Shown piece after piece: positions 26,002 through 40,166 of a DNA stretch of 64,000 nt. Both the position numbers and the translations under genes were made by a program. Numbering within the stretch: position 1 is the first letter of the stretch; each line of letters begins with the position of its first letter. The notes under the pieces were generated by a model. It searched no databases, had not been told where the DNA came from, and saw only the letters and a program-made list of their open reading frames with translations. Source of the DNA: Octopus sinensis (Eukaryota); assembly GCF_006345805.1 (NCBI RefSeq), contig NC_043014.1, positions 44,640,001 through 44,704,000 of the forward strand. Reading direction: 5' to 3'.

Positions 26002-27384
26002 TAACATTTCTGCCAGCTCGCCGCCTTATTATCCAACATATATTATTTTCAAGACATTAGTGTGTGATCTGAGAAGTATTTGACTACTATTTCTAGCCAG
26101 CTGAGAAGGTAGCATAGAGGCTTCCTCATTGGAACCTGCTTTGCAGCAAAGTAAAAACTAAAGTCAGTAGAAATAGGTACAAGCATAAATACGCTCTCCA
26201 CATGCACTCATTCACACATATAACACACAGAAGATATTCTCCTATACTGAGACACGAGTTATGAAATAGTTGTTGCATCAGTAATCTCTAAGTGAGATAA
26301 TGCTTCAGATCAATAATCCACGTTAATTTTCAAAATATATATTTCTTTTAATTTTTAAAATTTTATTCCATTATTTTTTGGGGGGGGTTTTTTTTCAGTT
26401 TTTTTTTCTAATTTTTTCATAGTATTTCGATCAGGACGTTTTCTATCTGTCTTCAGGTGCCCGTGCATCACGTGTTGACTTATATCGAGTCACATTTTTC
26501 ACTCCGAATTGAAAAATATTGATCAGCTGTGAGGAAGTGTGTAAGCCAACGTTAAGAACTTAACGCATATATGTCTATATCTGCTGTGTGTACGATTCTA
26601 CATGCATGTGTGTATCTGTGTGTGTGTGTGTGTGTGTGTGCATAAGCACATAAAACGAAACTGTATTGATTTCCAACAAAGATCTTCAGGTGGAGTATAA
26701 AAGAACAAGGCAATGTGATTGTGTGATGTTCATGCATTTACCAAGAGCATTATCGACAGTAGTGAAGTGAAATAGCTGAAGCTAATGACTGACTCCTGGT
26801 TACAGATTTTCACTTCACCAAGAGTCGTTACTTCACTGTTTTCACATTTATAACCACAGGCCAAGGAAGGAGCCTCTACGTGGTTACTCGACTTGCTAGA
26901 AATAGCAGCCAAATATTCCTTAATTGCACTCTGTTGTGTTGGAAAGGGAGGAAAACATTGTATAATAATTTGGTTCTGGATATTGTACCCTCATGGTCAG
27001 CATGTATTTGGTTGTACTTCTACTTGCAAATGATTGACCTGGGGCCAAACATCAACAACATTCAAAATCAAAGGAATCAAATTTGTTTTTCTCCATAACC
27101 AATATGTACAGGTGATAATTCAAGGTTAAAAATCAAATCATTCATATTCCAACTCTTTCCAGCAACATTATTCTGGATAGTAAGCAAGGCTTATTGTTGT
27201 TAATATTTCTATGTTGAGCACGACCTATAACTGCTGATGTCTAGCTCCAGATCACACCTAATAGGGTTGATTTATGATCAAAGGCATTCCAGCCATGACC
27301 ACCCCATTCTTTTGTTTATTAATATTTTTTTTTCCCCTGGTACAGTGCATTTCATACCACATTATCCAATGTATATTCTTTTCT

Positions 27385-27570
27385 AGTCTAGGCACAAGGC
27401 CTGAAATTTTGGGGGAGTGGGGGCCAGTCGATTAGATCAACCCCAGTACACAACTGGTACTTAATTTATCGACCCCAAAAGGATGAAAGGCAAAGTCGAC
27501 CTCGGTGGAATTCGAAATACCATTCAGCATTTCACCTGACATGCTAACATTTCTGCCAGCTCGCCGCCTT
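27385..27570 (-). mobile_element. SINE family E with alternative tail and short head deletion
   Basis: ggcacaaggcctgaaattttgggggag tail; ggaattcgaaatacc deletion shared with ~25578. Confidence 0.8.
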
Positions 27571-28380
27571 ATTATCCAACATATATTATTCCAAGATATT
27601 GACTACTATTTCTAGCCAGCTGAGAAGGTAGCATAGAGCCTTCCTCATTGATACCTGCTTTACAGCAAAGTAAAAACTAAAGTAGGTAGAAATAAGTGCC
27701 TTTCCAGAGATAACAATGGCAGTCCATTTTTCTGGAAGAGTTTTTCGGTTTTTTTCTTTTTATTTTTAAGGAAGAAATAAAATTGTATGTTTGAACTTTA
27801 AACGTAGAATATGAAAAGCAAAAAAAAAAAATAGATGTTTTTTTTTTCTTCAAAATATTAGCATCTTGCAAAAGAAAGTATTAGAAATCTTAATGGGTTG
27901 ACTCAGTATTTAAACAAATTTTTCAAAAAATTTTTGCCAGTAGATTTTTGGCAGTTCAAATAACATGAATAAGGAAACACAGACAGTAAAATCTTAAGTA
28001 ACTATAAAATAGTTCACACAGAGAATGTTCATATATTTCAAAAAGTTTCCAAAACAGAAAAAAAAAAAAAAAAAAAAAACAAACAAACAAACCCCAAAAT
28101 GGTAAGAGACAACTTTTACACAAATGTTGAAAAATCAATACTATTTTTTTTTTTTTCCCTTTCTTTCATTTTTTTTCTTTCATACAGTGAGAAGGTATTT
28201 TAAAGCAGGCATCTCGGTTGAGGAGACACATGGCTAGTTTCTTCTCTATCTTAAATTGAGAAAAATGTTAACATTTTGAATTTTCAGTTATGGAAATGCA
28301 GCATTTTTTGATTACGCATAAGGTCAAGTTTTTTCAAGAAGGATATCTTCAATTGAATATAGACCTGTATGTTGTTGGTA

Positions 28381-28416
<36 letters not shown>

Positions 28417-28493
28417 CGGTGCTCCAGCATGGCCACAGTCAAATGACTGAAACAAGTAAAAGAGTAAAAGAGTAAAAGAGTATATATATATAT

Positions 28494-28820
28494 GAAGGCG
28501 CATGGCTCAGTGGTTAGAGCGTCGAGCTTACGATCGTGAGCTCGAATCCCGGACCGGGCTGCGTGTTATGTTCTTGAGCAAAGCACTTTATTTCACGTTG
28601 CTCCAGTTCACTCAGCTGTAGAAATGAGTTGCGACGTCACTGGTGCCAAGCTGTATCGACCTTTGTGTTTCCCTTGGATAACACTGGTGGCGTGGAGAGG
28701 GGAGGCTGGTATGCATGGGCGACTGCTGGTCTTCCATAAACAACCTTGCCCGGACTTGTGTCTAGGAGGGTAACTTTCTAGGTGCAATCCCATGGTCATT
28801 CATGACCGAAGGGGGTCTTT
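28494..28820 (+). mobile_element. tRNA-headed SINE, family C
   Basis: ggcgcatggctcagtggttagagc A-box, ctcgaatccc B-box-like, ttcttgagcaaagcacttt central motif, distinct 3' end. Confidence 0.75.
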
Positions 28821-29468
28821 TATATATATATATATATATATATTTGATATGGCACATAAAAAGCACCAACCGATCATGGCTGTCACCAGCCTCCCCTGGA
28901 ACCTGTGCCACAACTTTCTCTCACTCTTTAACGTCCATTTTCCATGCTTGCATAGGTCAGATGGAGGTTATTTGTGGTAGATTTTTCTATGTCCGAAAGC
29001 CCTTTCCGTCACCAGCCCTCACTTGTTTTTTCCAAGCAGGGTAATATTTCCCCCCTTGGCCAGACATGTTCTGAGGGAATAATGGGAAATGAATGACACT
29101 GCTCACATGATGCGCATTTACAACCATGTAGAGAAACATGGAAACACAAAAATACACACACTCCCTCTCTCACACACACACACACACAATGAGAGACAAG
29201 AGACTTTTACATCCACTAAGTTGAAAAAACTCTATGCAACTCAGAGGATATAAAACTATGCTGTCTCTCGTTTATTTCTCTTCTTTGAAGTTTTACCTGA
29301 AGAAAGGCATTGTTTGAAACACTGGATTTTCCACTCCTCAGTGAGATTCAGTCTACTCCCTTTATTGATTTTTACTACATAAGCCTTGCAAACGCAAACC
29401 AACACCAGCCTGTTTGGGGTCTGTGTCATCATATGTATCAATATCTATATCTATATATATATATATAT

Positions 29469-29705
29469 TCTCTTTTACTCTTTTACTTGTTTCAGTCATT
29501 TGACTGTGGCCATGCTGGAGCACTGCCTTTAGTCGAGCACATCGACCCCCCAGGACTTATTCTTTGTAAGCCTAGTACTTATTCTATCAATCCCTTTTGC
29601 CGAACCGCTAAGTTACGGGGATGTAAACACACCAGCATCGGTTGCCATACAATGTTGGGGGGACAAACACAGACACACATACATATACACACACACTTAC
29701 ATAAT

Positions 29706-29767
<62 letters not shown>

Positions 29768-29939
29768 ATATATATACAACGGGCTTCTTTCAGTTTCCGT
29801 CTACAAAATCCACTCACAAGGCTTTGGTCGGCCCAAGGCTATAGTAGAAGACACTTGCCCAAGGTGCCATGCAGTGAGACTGAACCCGGAACCATGTGGC
29901 TGGTGAGTAAGCTACTTACCACACAGCCACTCCTACGCC
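29469..29939 (-). mobile_element. SINE family A, full length
   Basis: ctcttttactcttttac tail to cactcctacgcc head; source of spurious ORF 29310-29906. Confidence 0.85.
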
Positions 29940-30195
29940 TATATATAGTTAAAATTTATAGAAAAACAAAGACAAAGACAGGTGTAGGAACAACAAGCAA
30001 GTGTTTGATGCACAGGAAAAAATAGAAAAAGTCTTTTATGTTTCGAGCCTATGCTCTTCGACAGATGGGAGTAAGAGGAAATAAGTGGAGAGAAAAATAA
30101 AAAAAAACATGTTGAGTTCAGTTCACATTTAAGTAAATCTGTAGCTGTTTTACATAAATGTCTCTGCCTCTCTTTCTCTATTTCTACACACACAC

Positions 30196-30237
<42 letters not shown>

Positions 30238-30379
30238 ACGCATACACACATTGACTCTTTTGCATTGCTGTAGACACAGCTTTACTTAAACCACACTTAA
30301 CTGCATGGATTTCCAAACATTGCTCTCTACACCGTACTGTATATATGAAATGAATGTGACTATCATTATGTGTACCTAA

Positions 30380-30432
<53 letters not shown>

Positions 30433-30861
30433 GCACTCACAGACAACAACAATCTCAGACAAACACATCATTTGCAACGTATGTCTTTATCTATTTGTGT
30501 ATTGGTGCAATCTAAATTTAGAAGAGATGAACTACTAGGAGAGCACCAGTCCATCTCTTAGTGGAAAACCAAATGTGAAGTTGGTGAAGAAGACAGGCAT
30601 CCGTATACTTAGAAATTACCATTAAGAAGAACCGAACTATTCCTGTTTATAACCATGGAATTAAAAACCACTTTCTGTCTGTCTTTGGTCTTTGTCTTCT
30701 ATGAGATTCACCTCCAACTGCCACGCAAGCCTTCCTTGTCTAACCATCTGTCTCTTTCTGTCTCTTTCTGTCCCCCTCTCTCTCTTACTGTGTGTGTGTG
30801 AGTGTGTGTACGTGTGTGTGTGTGAGTAGAAACAGAAAGAGGAGGAAAGACGGGGGAGTGG

Positions 30862-30898
<37 letters not shown>

Positions 30899-31062
30899 CA
30901 TGCAATTAGAAAGAGAAAAATATTTAAAAGTGAGAAAGATGGCAAATTTGTGTGTATACAAATATATACATACATTTATATATATATATATATACCGGAG
31001 AACGGCAACGGGAAACTCAGAGTAACAGGTTTTGTTGAATTTTCTGCCTGCTTTATAAAATA

Positions 31063-31099
<37 letters not shown>

Positions 31100-31134
31100 A
31101 TACACATACAAATAATATATATATGCATACACAT

Positions 31135-31194
<60 letters not shown>

Positions 31195-32266
31195 CAATAA
31201 GAAAATGGAGGGAATCAATAGGTGGTTCATCAACTTTTAGACATTATATTATGTCAATTTATATATTTATTTATTTATTAAAATGACAATTACAAGAATA
31301 TATATATATACACACACCAACATATATACATACACACACACACACATATACATATACACACATACACACACATCATCATCATCATCATCATTGTCGTTGT
31401 CATTAATCACTGGTATGAGTAGTTGGTAATGGCAGAGAGTAGTAGAAGAGAGAAAAAAAATCAAAAAGGAAAAAAAAAAATCAATGGACATATTCCATAG
31501 GAAGGATACTACTCTCTCCTCTACGGGAAAAGAAAAATGAATGGAAGAACCGACTCGATCTATGAATGAATGAATGAAATGACATGATACACTGATGATT
31601 GTGAGTGGGTACGCAACTGACAATGCCCCTCCCCCTCTGACTATCCCTATCCTTCTGCGAGAGGGGGGAGGGGGAGGGGTTAATGATCTCTTATGCTATG
31701 TATGTGGGCTTCAGAATAGAGTTTACTACTACGCTACAACATATTTTTTTCTACCTTTTTTCATTAGACTCAATTATTTTTGATTATATTGTACATTAGA
31801 AAATTTCTGATTTTTTTCCTTCTGTTTTTTTTTTCCCCATTCTTTTTTTTCTTTCCTTTTTTTGTTGTTGTTTTTGTTGTGCTTACTTGTTGGTCTCGAA
31901 GAAAAAAAAAAAATTTATATGTGAATATAGATGAATTCCGTTATGGAGAAATAAAAGCTAAACTATCTCTTCTTCTTCTCCTAAAAATGGAGACCATTCC
32001 GCATATATAGATTCGGAATTAGAACAAGGAATCGACCTACCTATCTTACAAATCCATCAGTCAATCTACCTTATACATCAATCGATAATCTATCTATCAA
32101 CCTTGTGATAGATTATCTCAGAGCTTTGGTTCTAAATTGGAGTTGGAGCTGAAGGGAGGTTGTGAGTAGGGGGGAGATGTCAATGCCAGGGGGGTAAGTC
32201 AATGGTGAGATAGTAAAGAGACAACACACACACACACACACACTTTTATATATAATATATATATAT

Positions 32267-32297
<31 letters not shown>

Positions 32298-32557
32298 TAT
32301 ATATATATACATACAAACATATACATGTATATAAGTATGTGTGTGTGAATGTGTGTGAGTGTGAGTGTGAATGTGTGTGTGTGGATGTGTTATACCTGTT
32401 ATATACATACAAATGCATGTTGGCACCAATTAACGAGGGACACACAGATAAAAAATATAGAAGTAGTAGCAGTAAAATGATGCCATTTGATAAAGAAAAA
32501 AACACATTTACACAAAAATTATATATAAAGAGAGAGGATGGGAGGAAATGAGAGATT

Positions 32558-32621
<64 letters not shown>

Positions 32622-33164
32622 TACATGTATGTATGAATGTATATATGTAAGTATGAATGTATGAACATATGTATTTCTGAAAGCATAGCAGCGTAGTTCT
32701 TTATGAATGAGTAAATGAACGTATGAATGAACAACTCTTAGACTATACACACTTACCTACGCATATGGATGAATGTAAAATTCTTCAATGAATAGCAGAA
32801 CAAGGGCAAGTTACGCTACTGTACATGTACATATATGGACATCGGAGTAGGAGTAGGAGTGAGCTGTTTACACACACACATATACATATAGACAATCAGG
32901 TGTATATCTTTATATAAATACAAATACATTATATTTGTGTGATCAGTAAAATGAAGGCATATATTTATATGTATATATATATACATCTGTTTTGACAATG
33001 AATGTCTTAGAAAATATATTGTAGGTATTCTTCGCGCCCAAAAAATAATATAAATATAATTAATATATATATATATATATATTATTGATATATTATATAT
33101 ATATATATATTACCAAAAGCATAACATGACGCAGACAAAGGATTTGGCGGTACATATGTTTGGG

Positions 33165-33202
<38 letters not shown>

Positions 33203-33800
33203 TATATATAGGTGTGGGTGTATATATATATAATGTATAATATATATAGGTATATATATATATATATATACACACATACACATATATATACATACACATA
33301 CATACATATCATATATATATATATACAAACACATACATATTCATATATGTATATATGTGTATATATACATACATGTGTATGTGTGTGTGCATGTGTATGT
33401 ATGTATGGATACACAAACACACATCTATATATTATATATATATATCTGATACGACTAAATTCAGTTATTTCATTGAAATTTCAGTCTTGCAACTCCTTCC
33501 TGTTATTTTATTGTGTTGTAATATTGAATTAGTATTGAATGCTGTAAAATTTTGTAGCTTATTTCTATTACTACAAGTTAGCTATTGCACATGTATATAC
33601 ATTTATGTGTGTGTATACATGTGTGTGTGTGCGTGTGTCTATGTATGGGTGAAGAGCAGACATAGTTGTAAGGTGAAAAAAAATTCATCAGCCCCACAAA
33701 CCTTAGGCTAGTGTCTTGTTTGCCAGCTCAGATCAAAATGTTCAACCCATCCCAGCATGGGAAACAGAAACTAGAGGAATATAATGATGATGCTGTACAT

Positions 33801-33860
<60 letters not shown>

Positions 33861-34315
33861 GTATATATAACCTCTCAATGCCTAGCATAAAGCCAACTCC
33901 CTCTCTAATGCAACCCGACTCATTCAAGTGGCCTTTGTATGTGTCTTGCCGATTACTTGGTCACCTCACTAATGCCTCTGCCATGAAAACAACACCCTGT
34001 ACACTCTGTATAATGGGTGGCATTAGGAAGTGCATCCAGTCATAGAAATCTGGGCAAAGCAGACATTAGAGCTCAACAGATTCTATCTTATGTGTTCAAT
34101 CTATGGCAGCATGGAAGAAGGATATTAAATGATAATAAAATAATTTATCTATGCATGTTTTAAGTTGTGAAACAATTGTTGTTATATAAGAATTTCCAAT
34201 GGTTGAATAAATTTTATCATACTATATTTCTCTAATTATTTATAAATATACACACACATATAGATATGTATAAATATATATATATATATATATAGATAGA
34301 TAGATAGATAGATAG

Positions 34316-34348
<33 letters not shown>

Positions 34349-34349
34349 A

Positions 34350-34545
34350 GATGTGCCGGTGGCACGTAAAAGCAACCAGTACACTCTCAGAGTGGTTGGC
34401 GTTAGGAAGGGCATCCAGCTGTAGAAACTCTGCCAGATCAGATTGGAGTCTGGTGCAGCCATCTGGTTTGCTAGTCATCAGTCAAATCATCCAGCCCATG
34501 CTAGCATGGAAAGCAGACGTTAAATGATGATGATGATGATGAGAA
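34350..34545 (+). mobile_element. Family F
   Basis: gtgccggtggcacgtaaaagc...gttaaatgatgatgat. Confidence 0.8.
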
Positions 34546-34603
34546 TACATACACACATATGTATACATATACATATGTGAATATACATATAATACAACAA
34601 GCA

Positions 34604-36075
34604 CACAAGGTTGTCTCAAAGTAATGCAAAAATGAGCATAACATTTTTTTTATCAGTTGACATGGGTTTTTCAAATAGCACAATTTGGTAGAGCAACTCT
34701 TATTCCTGTTCTTCATTGTGGGCAAATAATGGGAGCCAAGCAGAAGCAACACTCTGTCATTGAGTTTTTGATGAAGAAAGTGTTCAGACTGTCCAACATT
34801 AACAGAAGGCCATAGAATGTTAAAAAAGATGACACCGATGATAAGATTAACATGTTCAAATGGATGAAGAAGTTAAACCCTTTAGTATTTAAACCGGCCA
34901 TATCCAGCCAAAATATTTAATCTGTTTTATGTTCAAACTGACCAGATCCAGGCTCTCACACCTACCCTACAATGTTATTCTACATTAGGTAATTACACCA
35001 TCAAGATCTTGAAGATATGAGATAATGCATGATTAATTCAAATCAATGGGAATCAATAAGCATTATGTTTGATAGAATAATCTGAACACTAAAGGGTTAA
35101 AGAAGGGGAAAAAACCATCATCGATGACAATCCAGTCAGTGGAACACCATCAACTGCAACCATTGACATGAATCAATGGTAAGTAGACAGACAGACAGAT
35201 GAATCAGAATTCATGAACTTGTTGCATTACTGAACTGCAATTACACTGCATTACAGAAGATGATGGAAGACTTTATGCATCAAAAAGTATCTGCAAAATA
35301 GATACCTCAGCAATTGACACCCAATTTGAAGAAGAGAAGTTTGGAAGTCTACACTGATCTATCTAAAGCATTTGAACCCTGTGAAGACACTTTCTCTTTC
35401 TTCTGATATGGTGACAACGAATATAAAGTGGTAACATTTTTATGATCTGGAAATGAAAGCCCGCTCCATGGAATGACATCACTGCTCTTCTCCAAAGTCT
35501 AAGAAGATCAAGAGCTAACAATCAGCGTAGAAAGTCTCGGTGACTGTTTTCCAGGATGAAAAGGGTGGGATTCTCCTTGACATTTTTTTGTAACTTAACT
35601 GTACCCTGAAGAGTAAAAGGTGCACTGAGACACTCAAAAAGCATAGAGAGGCAATTAGGAAGAAGAAACCAAAAATGATTCACATTCACTTTGACAAAGT
35701 GCAACCATACACATCTTGGCAACAAACTGGGCTGGTCAGTGGTTCCCCCATCAACCCAGATCTGGAATCCTCCAGCTTTCACCTTCCAGTCCAATGAAAG
35801 ACAATCTTCATGGACAAGTTCTGATGACACAGATGAAGTGAAAGTGGCTGTGAAGAAGCAGGTACAGCTATGACAACCATGTACACTAGAATCTTTTTTT
35901 TTCAAAGAGGATTCAAGAGCTGAGTTCAACAACGGTGCAAATGCATTACCTGTGATGAAACCTAGGTCAAGTAAGGAGGAAGAAATACTCAAGCAACATG
36001 TGCAGTTTGATCAAGCTATGTCATTTAATGAAAAAGCTATGCTTGCTTTTGAATTACTTTCAATACAACCCTTAT
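34604..36075 (+). pseudogene. Decayed full-length mariner element with terminal inverted repeats
   Basis: TIRs acaaggttgtctcaaagtaatgcaaaa and ttttgaattactttcaatacaaccctta; transposase remnants MGAKQKQHSVIEFL, KLGWSVVP, PMKDNLHG, DDTDEVKVAVKK. Confidence 0.8.
34878..35096. mobile_element. piggyBac-type MITE nested in the mariner ORF
   Basis: TIR ccctttagt / actaaaggg flanked by TTAA on both sides (one extra A on the left); removal restores mariner KWMKKLKEGE. Confidence 0.8.
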
Positions 36076-36096
36076 GTGTCTGTATATATATATATA

Positions 36097-36563
36097 TCAC
36101 CGTGACTGACCAGGCTATCAGATGTTGCTACACATCGCTGGTCACAATGCGCTTCACATTGTTTTAGCCTTCAAATGACACCACCTCGCTGGCTAAGCAA
36201 GCAGGCCGGCCAATATATATATATATAATAATATGAGGGAATATTATTCCAAACTTACAGGGAAAAATTCAATTTAGAAATACTAAATCAAATTTCACAA
36301 AATATAATACATATATATAAATTAGAATATATATATATATATCACCGTGACTGACCAGGCTATCAGATGTTGCTACACATCGCTGGTCACAATGCGCTTC
36401 ACATTGTTTTAGCCTTCAAATGACACCACCTCGCTGGCTAAGCAAGCAGGCCGGCCAATATATATATATATAATAATATGAGGGAATATTATTCCAAACT
36501 TACAGGGAAAAATTCAATTTAGAAATACTAAATCAAATTTCACAAAATATAATACATATATAT
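36097..36563. repeat. Near-exact tandem duplication, ~245-bp period
   Basis: SINE-B tail fragment, TA tract and gagggaatattattccaaacttacaggg fragment repeated identically. Confidence 0.9.
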
Positions 36564-36585
36564 ATATATGTGTGTGTATGTGTAT

Positions 36586-36625
<40 letters not shown>

Positions 36626-37684
36626 CAGTTCAGAGGTCTAATAATCATAGACTTGCAAATTCTAACCATGAAAGCCAGTACATCCTTTGCATATTTAAGC
36701 CATTGGCAACTAAACCAGGAAATTTGCCAAACTTGCTTTCTGTGCAGAGAAGGTGATATTTAGGTCCCCTGCAACATGAAAAACAAAACCTGTGAAAGGG
36801 CAAATGAACCCAAGAGAGTCAATGATCATTTACTAGAGTGTATATATGCACAAGCATAAACACGTGTGTATATGCATGTACATATACATGTGTGTATTTA
36901 CAATTGCGATGCTGATGATGTTTATTGAGCTAGAAATGTGTTTACAACTCCAGAATATACAGATTTGTATTATCCTTAATGACATGCTAATTCTGGGGAA
37001 TTATTGATTCCTTGGAAGAATCTCTCTTTGTCATTCAAAGCGAAGTTGCAATTGCCGCTAGGTGTTTGTTTACCTTCTCTCAAAGCAAAGATGATTTCAG
37101 TAGATCAAAAATTTATCTTGGATGATAGTGTACCTTTCTTTATTTTTATTGTTCAAAGTAATGCCACTGGAGACTTGGAGTTATTTCTTTTTGCTCATTT
37201 TCATTGTGTGTGTGTGTGTGTGTGTGGAAGGATGGCTGGCTGGCTGGTTGGATGGATGGATGAATGGTACTCCCTTGGTTCAATAAGAATTCAGTTGTTC
37301 AATCAACTGGATGACCAGCTAAGTGAACTGATGTACATGTGGTTGAGTATTCCACAGATCCTTGGCATAATTCCCAGGCAGGATAAGCATGAAAGAGTGT
37401 ATAATGATGCTGTGCTTTTGAATTATGAGCACAAACAGGCTTCTATACACTTCCTGTTTGCTCAATTTCCCTTGCAAGATACAGATTGACCCAAAAGTTA
37501 TAGAAGATGGCATCTTCCCAAGATGCCAAATAGTGGGATCAAACCTGGAACCTCTTGGTTGTGAGGCAAATTTCTTACCATTCAGCCATACTGTGAAAAG
37601 TATAACTTACGATGTATCCTGTGTGTGGCTTATTACTGACTATGTCATCGGTATAATTTTTACATTGGTTTTTCCATGCTCTAT

Positions 37685-38054
37685 TACTTGTTTCAGTCAT
37701 TTGACTGCGGCAGATCGACCCCAGGACTTATTCTTTGTAAGCCTAGTACTTATTCTATCGGTCTCTCTCACCAAACCGCTAAGTTACGGGGACGTAAACA
37801 CACCAGCATCAGTTGTCAAGCGATGTTGGGGGGACAAGCACAGACACATATACACACACACATACATATATATACATACATATACATATATGCGACAGGC
37901 TTCTTTCAGTTTCCGTCTACCAAATCCACTCACAAGGCTTTGGTCGGCCCAAGGCTATAGTAGAAGACACTTGCCCAAGGTGCCACGCAGTGGGACTGAA
38001 CCCGGAACCATGTGGTTCGTTAGCAAGCTACTTACCACACAGCCACTCCTACGC
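37685..38054 (-). mobile_element. SINE family A (partial tail deletion)
   Basis: ttacttgtttcagtcatttgac to cactcctacgcc; source of spurious ORF 37425-38318. Confidence 0.85.
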
Positions 38055-38983
38055 CCATGTGGGCATGAATTAAATGGAACTTATTATTGGGGTAGATACT
38101 TCATGGCTGGAGGTTCTTCCAGTCACCAACCTTCATTTGATTTTCAAGTAAGACAGTTTTCATTTTTCATTCCACAGATTTTCCCATGTTCACTGGATTA
38201 CATTTGTTTACTGGTGAATGTACACAATACTAAAGCTTTTTCCTCGGATGTTGTTCAGGAGACATGTGGAATTGACACTCTCACACACACACACAAATAT
38301 ACACTATGCCCTTTCTAATGCCAACCATTTTGCACTCACAGAACTTTGGCTGACCCAAGGCTACAGTAGAAGACACTTGCTCAAGATACTATACAGTGAG
38401 ACATGTCTACACACAATAGCCATCTTTTCAGTTTATATCTACCAAATTCATTAACAAGGTGTTCGATGGCTCAGGGCAATAGTAGAAGGCACTTGCCCAA
38501 GGTGATGCACAGTCCTAAGGTGGGACTGAACCCAAAACCGTGTGAAGCAAATTTCTTAACCACACAACGTCTGTGTCTATGTGTGAATGATAGCCTGCCA
38601 TGCACATGGCATTCAAAAGCAAGGGAGATAATCTTAAATACTAGTAATGGAGTGATGACTTTAGTTTTGAGTGTGTGTGTGTGTGTATGTGTGTGTGTGT
38701 GGTGTGCATGTATCTAATGGTTCTAATGTAAAACATAAGGAGCATGATTATAATGGTGCATATACTAAGTAAGTGATAAATAAATATGATATTAATATAA
38801 ACAGAAAGTGAATATAAATGAAAGTGAATATTTTTTAAGATGATATCGAACCCACAAGTGTAAACAAGAGAGACAGAGAAAGGCAGAAACAAGGAAAATG
38901 CCCCTTGTATTTGAACACTAAACAGATATTCTTTTAAAAAAAGTTCTCTTTCAATTTTTCTAAATTTAATTATTTAATCGTTA

Positions 38984-39020
38984 CAGTTGAAAAGGTCTCT
39001 AATGACTGAAACCGGTACTG
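38984..39020 (+). ncRNA. Minimal type I hammerhead-ribozyme candidate with compensatory U3-A8 core and palindromic stem III
   Basis: CAG-TTGAAAA-GGTC tctaat GACT-GAAA-C CG G-TA-CTG: stem I CAG/CTG, stem II GGTC/GACT, GUA cleavage triplet. Confidence 0.6.
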
Positions 39021-39743
39021 AAATGTTGTTTATAAAAATTATTTTAGCATTTTCTATCTTGACTTGTTTTTTCATATATATATATATTATATATATATAG
39101 TTATGAAATAACAGAGGTAAGAAGAGTTCATATACATAAGTGTTTCTATGAATTATTCTCTATAAAAGTCTTAAAGTTTCTCAGTTGGGGTAGTGGAGTT
39201 ACTTCTGTTAGAAAGAGGTCTCAGAGGGGGCTGTATATCATCTTATATAGTGATGTTACACGATGTGCAGATCTCAACAGATATCCATAAACTTATCAGA
39301 TGGATAGCACTACTGCAGCAGGGACTTGTGAAAGTGGTCATGTGTTCCAAACATTCTGAATGCATGTTTAGACACTCTTTCATGGCTTTCAAGTAAAATC
39401 TGCCCTTCACTAAATGGTATATTTTAGTTCCACTAATGTTAGGTTTAAGTCCCTTATTCTCTATTTGACTGCATAATCTGAGTTACTTTCTTTAAGCAAC
39501 CATATGTATTTTGATAAGGCTGTTGACGATCGTTTTCTTCATCTCTGAAGAAGGCAGTATGATTCCATATTGTTGCTTGAATCTCCCCTCAGTCATTCCA
39601 ATATAACTTTTGGTCTTAGTTTTCCTATCTATTTTGGAAATTAGTACTCATTTAATTAGTATTCATACATACATGATGATATATATAATTGTATAACTGA
39701 CAGTATCTATTATAAGCCTTCTTTTTGACATATTCTTACCCAT

Positions 39744-39789
<46 letters not shown>

Positions 39790-40031
39790 GATATATATAT
39801 ATATATATAATATATATATTATATATATAGATATATATATATACTATTATATACTATCACACACATACATATATATATAACATATATACTATACACACAC
39901 ATATATATATATACATATATACATGTGTGTGTGTGTGTGTGCTGTATTTTGTGGTATAGTAAATCCTGTATTATAGATACTATGCTCTGATTTTGGAAAT
40001 GTAATTCTAGCAAAAAAATTTTTATACTTAC

Positions 40032-40082
40032 CAAAACCACAGCCACATGATAGGGTAGGACCCAACAGGTGCTTGCTAAATG
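40032..40082 (-). other. Candidate exon (51 nt)
   Basis: Acceptor ttttgtctgataacag, donor TTG/gtaagt; phase-1 frame AFSKHLLGPTLSCGCGF; no homology recognised. Confidence 0.3.
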
Positions 40083-40166
40083 CTGTTATCAGACAAAATT
40101 GGTGGGCAAACCAGCAGAGTGCTCATGTCTGTCATTATGTGAAATCACCAGTTAATGTCTACCTAC

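Noticed and set aside
28189-28380. Very strong plus-strand acceptor
   Set aside because: No convincing donor or open frame; poly-T tracts are common in this genome
37425-38318. Longest ORF in the window (297 aa)
   Set aside because: Antisense read-through of SINE family A and flanking repeats; same peptide blocks recur at every SINE-A copy
39544-39600. CTGAAGA followed by a stem (also similar remnants near 5390, 9945, 26440, 29286)
   Set aside because: GAAA strand, stem III or stem I missing, so too degenerate to call as ribozymes individually
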